Assembly: GCA_050294405.1 (NCBI GenBank)
Contig: JBNKOC010000012.1
Location: 670,202-734,201 of the forward strand
Length of the DNA: 64,000 bases
From: Fibrobacteria bacterium
GTDB lineage: Bacteria > Fibrobacterota > Fibrobacteria > UBA11236 > JADFYW01
Direction: 5' to 3'
The position numbers and the translations under genes were made by a program. The notes under the pieces are model-generated. The model saw only the letters and a list, made by a program, of their open reading frames with translations. It was not told the origin of the DNA and made no database searches. Shown here piece by piece: positions 28,075-38,000 of the stretch; positions within the stretch are counted from its first letter, which is position 1; every line of letters begins with the position of its first letter.

Positions 28075-30864
28075 ATGCTAAAAATTTTACTTTTTTCAGA
28101 TATTTCACGGCTCTTGGGTCTTTTTTATTTGGTCATTTCGTTGTGCGGGGTCTCTTTGGCTGCAGATCAACAGCTGGCGAACTGGAATGGGGATAGCAAA
28201 ACCTTGTTGGATAGCGGGTTTTCCAAAATGAATATTCCCATTTCTCAATTCAATTTACCCGAAAATTATTTGCCTAAAGATTCCACCCGTTTTTCTAAAA
28301 TCTCCTCTGGATTTAAGCAGCCCTTAGGTCTTTTTAAACCTATTGGCGAATTTACATCTGCCCTATCGGACTCTCAAAGCCGAGTCTCCAAAATGGCAGA
28401 TTTAATGGAGCCGCATATAAAGAACAATTTTAAATACTCCCAATTTGAAAAAGAATTGTTGTCGGCCTCCCAGCTGAAAAAAATGGTGCAGAATACCCGT
28501 TCTGCTTTGGAAAAATTTAAGCTTCCTGAAAATACCAAAGAAGAATTGGAAAAATGGCTTTCAAAAATTTTGGCCAGCTGCTTGTTTGTGGAAAATTGGC
28601 GGGGTGGTTTTGAAATCGAAGATTTGAAAGTATTGCGGGGTAAATCCGACAGTTTGCTTTTGGACCCGCCTGATTTAGGAGAGCTTGATGTTTATGAGTT
28701 AAAAAAAAAGGAAGTGGAAAGCTATGAGGATGCCATGTCCTTTTTTGAAATTGTAAATCGTTGGAAACACAAATCATTGGCGGACTTAGCTATGTACTGG
28801 GAATTGGAGCTTCCCAAGCTTAAGCTGTGGCTAAATGGGGTGGAATCCCAAAACATTTGGCTAGATTCCATCCAGGAAATTAAAAGCCCCTGGGGCCCAA
28901 TTATTTTAGGAACAGCAAAAAAGGATTATTACAACCGCAACGCCCTTGCTATTTTGGACCCAGGAGGGGATGATGTTTATCAACTCCCCAACCTTTCCAA
29001 GCAAGAGGCTTATTTGTTTCCTTTCCGATTAATTCTGGATGTTAGGGGAAATGATGTGTACGGGGCTGGAGATTATTCCTTAGCGGGTAGCTTTTTTGGT
29101 TTCAGCGCCCTCTGGGATGGGGCAGGAGAGGATATGTATCAGGCGGGACAGTTTAGTCTGTCCTCATCCCTCTGGGGAAGCTCTTTGTTTGTGGATGAGA
29201 CAGGAAATGATGTTTATAACTCCAAAAGCAATGGTCAGGCCAGTGCTGCCTTTGGTATTAGCCTTTTTCAGGATAGGGAAGGAAATGATTTGTACCAATG
29301 CGAAGGCCAGTGCCAGGGTTTCGGGTTTACCCTGGGTTTTGCCCTGCTAGAGGATTACGCAGGCCATGATAAATACATAACTTCAAGTCCCGTGCAGGAT
29401 GTTTTGCGATACGACTCCCACTTCGTGAGTTTTAGCCAGGGCGCAGGTCTGGGCTACCGTCCTATCGCCTCAGGGGGCTATGGCTGGCTAATGGACTATG
29501 CGGGGAACGATATATATGTATCGGATATATTTGGCCAGGGAGTGGGCTATTGGTATTCCCAAGGCGTTCTCTACGATGGAGCGGGCAGGGATAGCTATCA
29601 GGCCCATCAGTATGCCCAGGGCGCCGGGGTGCATCTGGCCTTTGGAATCTTATGGGATAAATCTGGAAATGACAAATACCAATCCCACGGTGTGGGCCAG
29701 GGCTGCGGCCACGATTTGGCTTTTGGCGCTCTTTTAGATGAGGCTGGAGATGATAATTACAATGCCTACGGACTTTCCATGGGTGGAGGGAATGCCAATG
29801 GGCTTTCGTTGTTTGTGGACACAAAAGGCGATGACAGTTATAGCCTTCGTACGGAATATAACAGTTGGGGCTATTCGGACTGGCGGCGGGATATGGCTAT
29901 GTTAGGGGTTTTTCTGGATGGGGAGGGAACAGATATATACGGCAAAGTCCAGGAAAGCCAGCAGAATAAAAACAGTTTCAAATCAAGCTGGGGTTTTTTT
30001 GGAGATCTGGATTTAGAGTTTGAGGCTCTAAAAACTCCCGACGCCGTGCAGCAACAAGATTTTATTTTGGCCACAAGCCCCGAAAGCCTGTTTATACAAG
30101 CTTCCACAGCTCCGGAAAAATTTCAGTTAATGGTGGGCCCCGCCCGTAAGGCATTGGTCGCTAAAAGAAAAAATGTGATTTCATTTCTAAAAAGTAAAAC
30201 GGGAAGTGTTTTTCCAAGGGAACAACATGCCTTAAGAGACATTGTGGATAGTCTGTACCTTTTGGAAAAAAGCGCCATTGATACATGGCTTCGGGATAGT
30301 TTGAAAAGCGGCGACAGGGTTAGCCGGTTAATGAGCGCGGAACTTTGCGGTAGGGTAAAATCAAAGAGTTGCCAAAAAGGTCTTTTGGCCTTGTTGCAAG
30401 ACAGCAATTGGACTTTCAGACAAGCTGCTCTCTGGAATTTGGGAAAATTACAAGAGCCCAAATTAAAAAAACATTTCTTAAAACATATAAAGGATAAAAA
30501 CCCTGTTGTTCAGGCAAGGGCCGCTTTTGCACTTGGCCTGCTTCATTCTAAAATTTCGCTAGGAGAACTTAAATCCCTTTTTTCTTATTCTCATTATTTA
30601 GTGCAAACAGGGTTTAGGCAAGGTGTGCTTAAATCAGAGAAAAAAGTTTCCGTTTCAAAGTTTTGGAAATGCTGGAAAAAATTAAAGAAAGGGCCGCGAA
30701 AAAATGCTCTGGCCTTTTTGGGGCTTTTGAAACCTTCCGAACTGTTGGCGCAAAATATTAGCCTTCAATCTCTAAATTTAGATTCTGAGGAAAAGGCCTA
30801 TTTACTGGCGGTCTTGGGGGAAGATAAAAACTGGTTGCCATTTTTAAAAAGCAGCCCAGAATAA
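28075..30864 (+). CDS. Exported protein with DxxGxDxY repeats and C-terminal HEAT repeats
   Basis: Signal peptide; twelve DxxGxDxY units separated by Gly/Gln-rich turns; HEAT units near the C-terminus. Confidence 0.8.
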   Translation: MLKILLFSDISRLLGLFYLVISLCGVSLAADQQLANWNGDSKTLLDSGFSKMNIPISQFNLPENYLPKDSTRFSKISSGFKQPLGLFKPIGEFTSALSDSQSRVSKMADLMEPHIKNNFKYSQFEKELLSASQLKKMVQNTRSALEKFKLPENTKEELEKWLSKILASCLFVENWRGGFEIEDLKVLRGKSDSLLLDPPDLGELDVYELKKKEVESYEDAMSFFEIVNRWKHKSLADLAMYWELELPKLKLWLNGVESQNIWLDSIQEIKSPWGPIILGTAKKDYYNRNALAILDPGGDDVYQLPNLSKQEAYLFPFRLILDVRGNDVYGAGDYSLAGSFFGFSALWDGAGEDMYQAGQFSLSSSLWGSSLFVDETGNDVYNSKSNGQASAAFGISLFQDREGNDLYQCEGQCQGFGFTLGFALLEDYAGHDKYITSSPVQDVLRYDSHFVSFSQGAGLGYRPIASGGYGWLMDYAGNDIYVSDIFGQGVGYWYSQGVLYDGAGRDSYQAHQYAQGAGVHLAFGILWDKSGNDKYQSHGVGQGCGHDLAFGALLDEAGDDNYNAYGLSMGGGNANGLSLFVDTKGDDSYSLRTEYNSWGYSDWRRDMAMLGVFLDGEGTDIYGKVQESQQNKNSFKSSWGFFGDLDLEFEALKTPDAVQQQDFILATSPESLFIQASTAPEKFQLMVGPARKALVAKRKNVISFLKSKTGSVFPREQHALRDIVDSLYLLEKSAIDTWLRDSLKSGDRVSRLMSAELCGRVKSKSCQKGLLALLQDSNWTFRQAALWNLGKLQEPKLKKHFLKHIKDKNPVVQARAAFALGLLHSKISLGELKSLFSYSHYLVQTGFRQGVLKSEKKVSVSKFWKCWKKLKKGPRKNALAFLGLLKPSELLAQNISLQSLNLDSEEKAYLLAVLGEDKNWLPFLKSSPE

Positions 30865-30948
30865 TAATTACAGCCTTCATGGGGATTAAGCTGGCTGAAT
30901 GGCTCTTTTTGTGCTAAAATAGAAGAGTAGTTTTTAGCGGGTAGACAT

Positions 30949-31347
30949 TTGTCAGAGCAAATATTGATAGTGGAGGATGATCCTGTAACCTCCAAATGGC
31001 TCAAAAGCACCGTGGAACAAGATGGGTTTCAAGGCTTGCAGGCTGAAAATGGAAAGCAGGGTATTCAAACATTTAAGGACAATCCCGAAATTCGTTTAAT
31101 TTTTTGCGATTATAAAATGCCCGTTCTGGATGGAAAGGGGTTTATGAAAAAGCTACATAAATTAATGGGCAAGAACCCCGTACCAGTGATTCTGATTTCC
31201 GGGGAAATGAGTTTTAAAGAATACAATTACCTGTTAAAATACGGGGCCAAGGGGTTTATGGAAAAGCCTTTGTTTGCTTCTGATATTCAAAATATACTCA
31301 ATCAATTTCTTCGGGCTCCAATATCCGAAGAATCTGTTGCGAGTTAA
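30949..31347 (+). CDS. Single-domain response regulator (CheY-like)
   Basis: ILIVEDD, CDYKMPVLDG, ISG, FMEKP. Confidence 0.9.
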   Translation: MSEQILIVEDDPVTSKWLKSTVEQDGFQGLQAENGKQGIQTFKDNPEIRLIFCDYKMPVLDGKGFMKKLHKLMGKNPVPVILISGEMSFKEYNYLLKYGAKGFMEKPLFASDIQNILNQFLRAPISEESVAS

Positions 31348-31421
31348 TGCTTCCCTCAAAATTTGTGAAATGAATCCTCTTCAATTTGCAGAGGTTTTTT
31401 ATAAATTGTGGGCACTAACCT

Positions 31422-33014
31422 TTGAGCGAAGTGAAAACCGGAAAACACAAACCTATTGTATGTATTGGAGGCTCCTACCTTGATGTAGAGGGTATTCGCG
31501 CGCTTATAGCCCAAATACCGGGCTACTCAGAAGACTCCCTTTTTCCCATTTCTTCTCTCGCTGAAATTGGCAAGCTTCCCCAGGTAAAAGGGCTCGGCTA
31601 TTGCGTTTTGTTGGAAGGAAATAAGGGGCCCAGTTTAAAAAGGAGTTATATCAAGGAATGCTTTGAATTGTTTGAGGGTATTCCCGTTTTAGGAGTCCAC
31701 TTGTTGCCGGTGGAAAATCCGGTTAATCTGGATATGATGGAAGAGGGAGTGTACGATTGTGTGCCTCTAAAAATGCTTAACCCTAAATCGCTGGAATATA
31801 TTTTAAAAAATCTGCAAAGCCGGCATTTGCTCCATCAATATTTGCGGGAAAAGGTAGAACAGTTGCGAAAAGTTCAACGCATGGATATGTTAGGACGTTT
31901 GGGTGCAGGCATTGCGCACGACTTGAATAATGTACTGGAAGTAGTAGAAGGAAATGCCACGCTATTATCTAAGCAACTTGGAAAATCTTCGGAGCATTAT
32001 CGCTATGTAAATGAAATATCAAAGGCTTGTAGCGAGGCGTCCAGCTTGTCCAGCCAATTGTCGGCCTATTCTAAAAATAAGCGGCCTTTACCCCAGGTTT
32101 TGGATTTAAAATCTGTTTTGACTGAATTGCATGGGTTATTGCAAAGGCTGGCAGGGGCTAAAGTAAAAGTGGATTTTAAATCAGACTTAAAAGTTTTGCC
32201 TGTGCAAATTGACAGATCTCAATTTGGTCAAATTGCCATGAACCTGGTGGTTAACTCCAGGGATGCTTGTGAACAAAATGGCTCCATTAAAATAAGGCTG
32301 GAAAACAGCTATGTTAATAAAAAATACGCGGAAAAATATCATTTTATGCGCCCCGGCGATTATGTGCTTTTGAGTTTTGAAGATAACGGAAAAGGCATGG
32401 ATGAAAAAACTTTATCCAGAATCTTTGAGCCATTTTTTACCACTAAAGAACAGGGAAAAGGAACAGGACTTGGTCTTTCCACGGTTTATGGCATTGTAAA
32501 GCAGTATGGAGGCTACATTATTGCTCAAAGCAAGCCAGGAAAGGGCACGCTGTTTAAGATTTATTTTCCCGGCTCACTCCAGGCAGCCCTGGATTCAAAC
32601 GATGACGATGAGGAGACATCTTTTTTGCAGGCAATGGGACAACAACAGGAAAAAACAGTATTGCTGGTGGAAGATGAAGAGTCTATCCGCTCCTTATTAA
32701 AAGATACATTGGAATTTGAAGGCTACCATGTGCTGGAGGCATCTGGCGGAGATGAAGCTATTGAAAACTTATCTAAATTCAAAGGCGAATTAGATATGTT
32801 AATTAGTGATGTATACCTGGATAATACCAGCGGCCCTGAGTTAGCGGCAAAGTTACTGGAAGAAAAGCCCCAATTAAAAATTCTATACATGAGCGGATTT
32901 GTGCGGGACATGGAAATTTTAAGGAGCAGCAATCAGGAAGGTTATTCCTTTATTCAAAAACCTTTTCCTCTGAAAGAGTTCTCTAAAAAAGTCGCCTCCA
33001 TTTTGAATTCTTAA
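31422..33014 (+). CDS. Cytoplasmic hybrid histidine kinase (CckA-like) with C-terminal receiver
   Basis: GIAHDLNN H-box, [29 protein letters not shown]; receiver VLLVEDE...SDVYL...QKP. Confidence 0.92.
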   Translation: MSEVKTGKHKPIVCIGGSYLDVEGIRALIAQIPGYSEDSLFPISSLAEIGKLPQVKGLGYCVLLEGNKGPSLKRSYIKECFELFEGIPVLGVHLLPVENPVNLDMMEEGVYDCVPLKMLNPKSLEYILKNLQSRHLLHQYLREKVEQLRKVQRMDMLGRLGAGIAHDLNNVLEVVEGNATLLSKQLGKSSEHYRYVNEISKACSEASSLSSQLSAYSKNKRPLPQVLDLKSVLTELHGLLQRLAGAKVKVDFKSDLKVLPVQIDRSQFGQIAMNLVVNSRDACEQNGSIKIRLENSYVNKKYAEKYHFMRPGDYVLLSFEDNGKGMDEKTLSRIFEPFFTTKEQGKGTGLGLSTVYGIVKQYGGYIIAQSKPGKGTLFKIYFPGSLQAALDSNDDDEETSFLQAMGQQQEKTVLLVEDEESIRSLLKDTLEFEGYHVLEASGGDEAIENLSKFKGELDMLISDVYLDNTSGPELAAKLLEEKPQLKILYMSGFVRDMEILRSSNQEGYSFIQKPFPLKEFSKKVASILNS

Positions 33015-33078
33015 CTTTTCAAAATGAATTTAGGGCTTTTGACAATCAGCCTCTGAAATTTTTATTGTACGCCACTTA

Positions 33079-33095
33079 TTGTCAATAATTGACAA
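33079..33095. promoter_or_regulatory. Palindromic operator/UAS upstream of glnA
   Basis: TTGTCAAT-A-ATTGACAA perfect inverted repeat about 70 bp upstream of the sigma54 site; half-sites also at 33039 and 33149. Confidence 0.6.
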
Positions 33096-33163
33096 AACAA
33101 GATGTTTTTTGGATAGATTGAAAGAAAAACCTCTTTTACTTTCCAATCTGTCAATAGGAGCGA

Positions 33164-33179
33164 TGGCATACGAATTGCA
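33164..33179 (+). promoter_or_regulatory. Sigma54 (RpoN) -24/-12 promoter of glnA
   Basis: TGGCAT-ACGAA-TTGCA, near-consensus with exact GG-N10-GC spacing, upstream of glutamine synthetase. Confidence 0.85.
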
Positions 33180-33329
33180 TACTTTGCAGCTGAAGACCAG
33201 ATTTGGGATGGCTGTTTTGTGCCTAAAATAGCTTCCACAATTCCCGGTTTATACAGTTAATACCCTTTGAGGAGAAAACTTTTTTACTAAAATTTAATTT
33301 CACTTTTACCCTAAAGAGAGGATGCATCC

Positions 33330-34736
33330 ATGACACCTGCAGACGTAATGCAAATGATAAAGGATAACAAAATTCAATTTGTTGACTTTCAGTTTGGCGA
33401 TTTGTTCGGGACTTTGAACCACTTTACCATTCCCGCCGCAACTTTGTCTCAAGAAGACCTGGAAAACGGTAAACCCTTTGACGGCTCTTCCATTCGCGCC
33501 TGGAAAAGCATTGATAAGTCGGATATGCTTATTTTGCCCGATTGCACTACAGCTTATCTGGATCCATTCCGTAAATACCCTACACTCTGCATTATGGGTA
33601 ACATTTTAGAACCCCGAACTGGTGAATTGTACGACTTGGCTCCCAGAAACATCGCTCAAAAAGCCCTTAATTATCTTAAAGCGCAGGGTATTGGGGATGA
33701 AGTATTTTTCGGACCTGAACCTGAATTTTTCATTTTTGATTCTATTAGCTACTTGTCCACACCTAATGCTTCTTTTTACGAAATTAGCTCTTCAGAAGGA
33801 AACTGGACAACATCTAACCCCGAACCTAACAACGGCGCTCAGGTTCCAGTAAAAGGTGGGTATTTCCCAGTTCCTCCCGTGGATAGCCAAATGGACATCC
33901 GTTCCGAAATGGTTGTAAATCTACAACACATGGGAGTGGTGGCTGAAATCCATCACCATGAAGTGGCCACTGCCGGCCAAGCTGAAATTGGCTGCCGCTT
34001 TGCACCCATTTTGGCCGCTGGAGACCAGGTTCACAAATTAAAATATGCTGTTCGCAACACTGCTGCCCAATATGGCAAAACTGCTACTTTTATGCCTAAA
34101 CCTATGTTTGGCGACAATGGAAATGGCATGCACGTTCATACATCCATTTGGAAAGACGGAAAAAATCTTTTTGCTGGCGATGGTTATGGAAATCTTTCCG
34201 AAACAGCATTGTTTGCTATTGGCGGAATATTAAAGCACGGACGTTCCATCCAAGCTTTCTCCAATGCATCTGCAAACTCTTATAAAAGATTGATCCCCGG
34301 ATTTGAAGCTCCAGTTCGTTTGGCATATTCTGCCACAAACCGCTCTGCCGCTATCCGTATTCCTTATGTAAATGGCGAAAAAGCCCGTCGTTTTGAATTC
34401 CGTTGCCCAGACTCAAGTGGCAATGCTCATTTGACTTTTGCTGCTATGTTAATGGCGATGATCGATGGTATCAAAAATAAAGTCCATCCAGGCGAGCCCA
34501 TGGATAAAAATATTTATGATTTGCCTCCCGAAGAATTGGCTACTTTGGTATCCACTTGCTCTGGTCAGGAAGACGCGATTAATGAATTAAAAGCGGATAA
34601 TGACTGGTTAAAAGCCGGTGATGTATTTACAGAAGAAATGCTTGATTCTTATATCGGATATCGTACCGATGCGGAAATCAATCCTTTGAAAATGCGTCCA
34701 AATCCTATGGAATTCGAATTGTATTTTAACAATTAA
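33330..34736 (+). CDS. glnA: Glutamine synthetase type I (adenylylatable)
   Basis: FDGSSI, GPEPEFF, HHEVA, ATFMPKP..GDNGNGMHVH, NRSAAIRIP; adenylylation-site motif KNIYDLPPEE. Confidence 0.97.
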   Translation: MTPADVMQMIKDNKIQFVDFQFGDLFGTLNHFTIPAATLSQEDLENGKPFDGSSIRAWKSIDKSDMLILPDCTTAYLDPFRKYPTLCIMGNILEPRTGELYDLAPRNIAQKALNYLKAQGIGDEVFFGPEPEFFIFDSISYLSTPNASFYEISSSEGNWTTSNPEPNNGAQVPVKGGYFPVPPVDSQMDIRSEMVVNLQHMGVVAEIHHHEVATAGQAEIGCRFAPILAAGDQVHKLKYAVRNTAAQYGKTATFMPKPMFGDNGNGMHVHTSIWKDGKNLFAGDGYGNLSETALFAIGGILKHGRSIQAFSNASANSYKRLIPGFEAPVRLAYSATNRSAAIRIPYVNGEKARRFEFRCPDSSGNAHLTFAAMLMAMIDGIKNKVHPGEPMDKNIYDLPPEELATLVSTCSGQEDAINELKADNDWLKAGDVFTEEMLDSYIGYRTDAEINPLKMRPNPMEFELYFNN

Positions 34737-34759
34737 TTCCTGAACAACTTAAAATTTGG

Positions 34760-34790
34760 AAAGCTCCTGCTTTAGCAGGAGCTTTTTTTT
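34760..34790 (+). terminator. Rho-independent terminator of glnA
   Basis: AAAGCTCCTGC-TTTA-GCAGGAGCTTT hairpin running into a T8 tract. Confidence 0.9.
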
Positions 34791-34801
34791 ATTTTGTATA
34801 A

Positions 34802-34964
34802 AGGGAATCTCTAAAAATACCTTCCCGGATTCGACTGGCTGCAAAGGCCGAGGGCTGCGTTGCGCTCCATCGCGATATTTCGCCGAATATCGCTGCTTCG
34901 CGGGCCTTGCTCTCGGCCTTTTCGCTCAGTCTCACAATCGGAAACTTATTTTTAGAGGTTCCCT
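34802..34964. repeat. MITE-like palindromic element A (163 bp)
   Basis: 17/18 terminal inverted repeat AGGGAATCTCTAAAAATA / TATTTTTAGAGGTTCCCT; nested inner stems; GC-rich relative to its surroundings. Confidence 0.75.
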
Positions 34965-35012
34965 AAAAAATTATCCTGGATATAGTCCCCGAATTTTTAG
35001 GAATAAATCTCT

Positions 35013-38000
35013 ATGGCAAATTCCCAAAAATCCCATGAGGATTTTTTGTCTGATTTGGTTAAAGCCCATTTTTCCAGCTTTTCTGCGGATTATTTTATGC
35101 GCTATGGTGATAATGAAATTAAAAGGCACTTACAGTTAATTTCAGAATCAGGGCCTCAGTCTCCCTGTAAAATCTATTTGGAAATAAAAGAAAACCAATG
35201 GTTTTTATTGGAATTTGCCGGTCCAGATGCCGTGGGAATATTTACCGTACTAACAGGATTGGTGGCGTCCCACTCCTTTAATATTCGTCGGGGCTTAAGC
35301 CATTCCTATGATAAATCGGCAAAAAAACCTTACTTTATCACACACTTTGAAGGCGTTTACGAGGGAATAAATAAGGATGTATCTGCCCTGGAAAGCGAAA
35401 TGCAATCCCAATTGGATAAATATTGTAAGGAACTGTATCGGGGAAGGGCCTCTGAAGCTCTCGCGAAGGTTCGAAATCAAGTGGGAAAGTTCTTTTCCAA
35501 ACAGAAAAATAAGGGCGAATTTGCCTTGGAGCCTTTGAAAATTTCCGTAAGTCAGTCCGAAAAATTCACCCGACTGCACATTAAGGGAAAATCCACTAAG
35601 GGATTGGTTTTCAGCCTTTCCAATGCCCTTTCTCTGCGCGGAATGATAATAAATGCGGTGGAAATAAACAGCAGTAATGAAGAAATAGATGATGTTATAT
35701 ACGTGACAGATATGTTTCATAAGCCAATTACAAATCCGGAAAAGGTGCTGCGGCTGAAAACGGCAGTGATGTTAATAAAGCAGTTTACCCAGTTGATTTC
35801 CTTGGCTCCTGATTATAATCTGGCTATGGAGCAGTTTGAAAAATATTTGGATAAAGTTTTTGAAACGGATTTGGATGCCGATAAAATTTTAGGTTCTGAA
35901 GGCGAACAAATATTGGGAACCTTGGCTCAATCTTTTGGCTCAGGCGAATTTATGTGGGAAGAGTTTTTAAAAATGCAATTTGAGGAATTGCTGCCTATGT
36001 TGCGCCGCATGAATAGCTTCAAACAGCAAAAATCTAAAAATATTTTGCAATCTGAACTGGAAAATAAAATATCCGGCGCCGGCTTCGAGGAATCCATTAA
36101 CATCATTAATAATTATAAAGACTATGAATTGTTCAGAATTGATTTGCTTTATTTGATTTACCCAAATAAAACTTTCGTGCAATTTTCCCAGGAACTTTCG
36201 GATTTGGCTGATGTTGTCCTCAATAGCACGGTGCATGTTATTCGAAACCATTTGAACTTTAAGCATGGAACACCCCAAGTGGATGGCAAAGCCTGCCGTT
36301 TTGGACTGTTCGCCCTTGGAAAATTAGGCGGGCGCGAAATTGGATATGCTTCGGATTTGGAAATAGTAATGGTTTACGAGGGGAACGGAACAACGGATTC
36401 CGCGGATAACCCAATTTCAAATGTGGAATGGTTTTTAAAAATGATGACTCTGCTCAGAAAATCTATACATGCCAAAAAGCAGGGGATCTTTGAATTGGAT
36501 TTAAGGTTGAGGCCTCATGGAGAAGATGGAACCCTGGCATGTTCGGTGAATCAGTGGGAAAGCTATTACGGGCCCCAGGGGGGAGCCTTAAATTATGAAA
36601 AGCAGGCTTTGTTAAAGCTAAGAGGGATATATGGAGAAGAGCATTTTTTATCCCATGTCACAGAAATTAGAAATAACATAATTTGGGGTGGAGAAGCCCT
36701 TTCTCTGGAGCAAATGCTCAAAATGCGGGTGGATCAAATTGCCCATTTAGTTAAGCCTGGAACTGTGAATGCAAAATATTCAAGTGGCGCTCTGTGCGAT
36801 ATTGAATATTCAGTCCAGTTTTTGCAGCTAAAATACGGCAAAGAATTTCCCCAAATTCGTTTGGCTAATACTCTCTCTGTTTTAGAGCAGCTTTTAAAAT
36901 GCGGTATTATAAATCCAGTTGAATTTGAAATACTATATCGGTCCCTGGCCTTTTGCAGGCAATTAATAAATGCGCTGCGAATGGTGCGCGGCCAGGCCAA
37001 GGACTTGGAAGTTCCTTTGGAATCTCCCCTTGAAATTCAAAAATTAGTCAGGCGAATGGGGTATCAAAGCGCAGGCAGTCAAAAAATTTATGAAAATTTT
37101 AAAGAGGATTTGCTGCGCAATTTAAGAGAGGTCAGCGGTTTTTATCAGGAAAAATTTTGTGGGAAACCATCCGAAATGGATATGTCTCTCAGCCTTCCTT
37201 ATTTGCTGAATCAAGCCTCACCAAGCGCAGAAGAAATTAAAAAAGTCTTAGCTGTAGATGGGTTTGAGGATTGCCAGAAATCATACGCTCAATTAAAAAA
37301 GATGTATAGAGATACTTCCGACAAAAACGCCTTTTTAACGGTGTGGGTGATGGCCAGAAGGTATTTGAGAATGTCGCCTCACCCGGACGCGGTATTAAAT
37401 AATTTTGAAAGATACCTCGAAAACAAAGATATCGCCCAAAGTATATTGCAGCAGATGGTATATAATACATCGTACATTGAAATTGCGGTATTGACATTCG
37501 GCTACGGGGATTTTATCGCGAATATTTTAATCAATTACCCATTTTTTCTCCATTATGTTGGCAACCACAGTTCTTTAAATCAGGAAAAAACCTATCAGGA
37601 ATACAAATCAGATTTAGAGGGGCCGTTGGCCAAGCACCAGGACTGGGACTTTACACTTAAGAATTTAAAAATTTATCATTCCCGGGAATTGTTGCGTATA
37701 AGCATTAGAGATTTGTATCACAGGGTTACATTGGGATCTGTTGTGACTGAAATTTCAAATTTGTCTGATGTTATTATTCAAAGCGTCTATAAATTGGTCT
37801 CTTTAGAAATGAAAATGGATTTTGAACAGGACTATGCGCTATTTGCCCTTGGCAAGTTGGGCGGACTGGAGTTGAATTACAGTTCCGATATAGACTTGGT
37901 TGTGGTTATTAAGAATCAATTGGATGAAACCAAGGTACAACAGCTGGGAAAATTCCATAAACTAGCCATAAAAACTTTAAGCGATTTTACCGCCCAAGGG

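Noticed and set aside
33081..33094. GlnR/TnrA box upstream of glnA
   Set aside because: Half-site spacing is 5 bp rather than the 7 bp of TGTNA-N7-TNACA; kept only as an unassigned operator.
34756..35139. 127-aa ORF between glnA and glnE
   Set aside because: It runs through the terminator and palindromic element A and overlaps glnE out of frame; likely a chance ORF.
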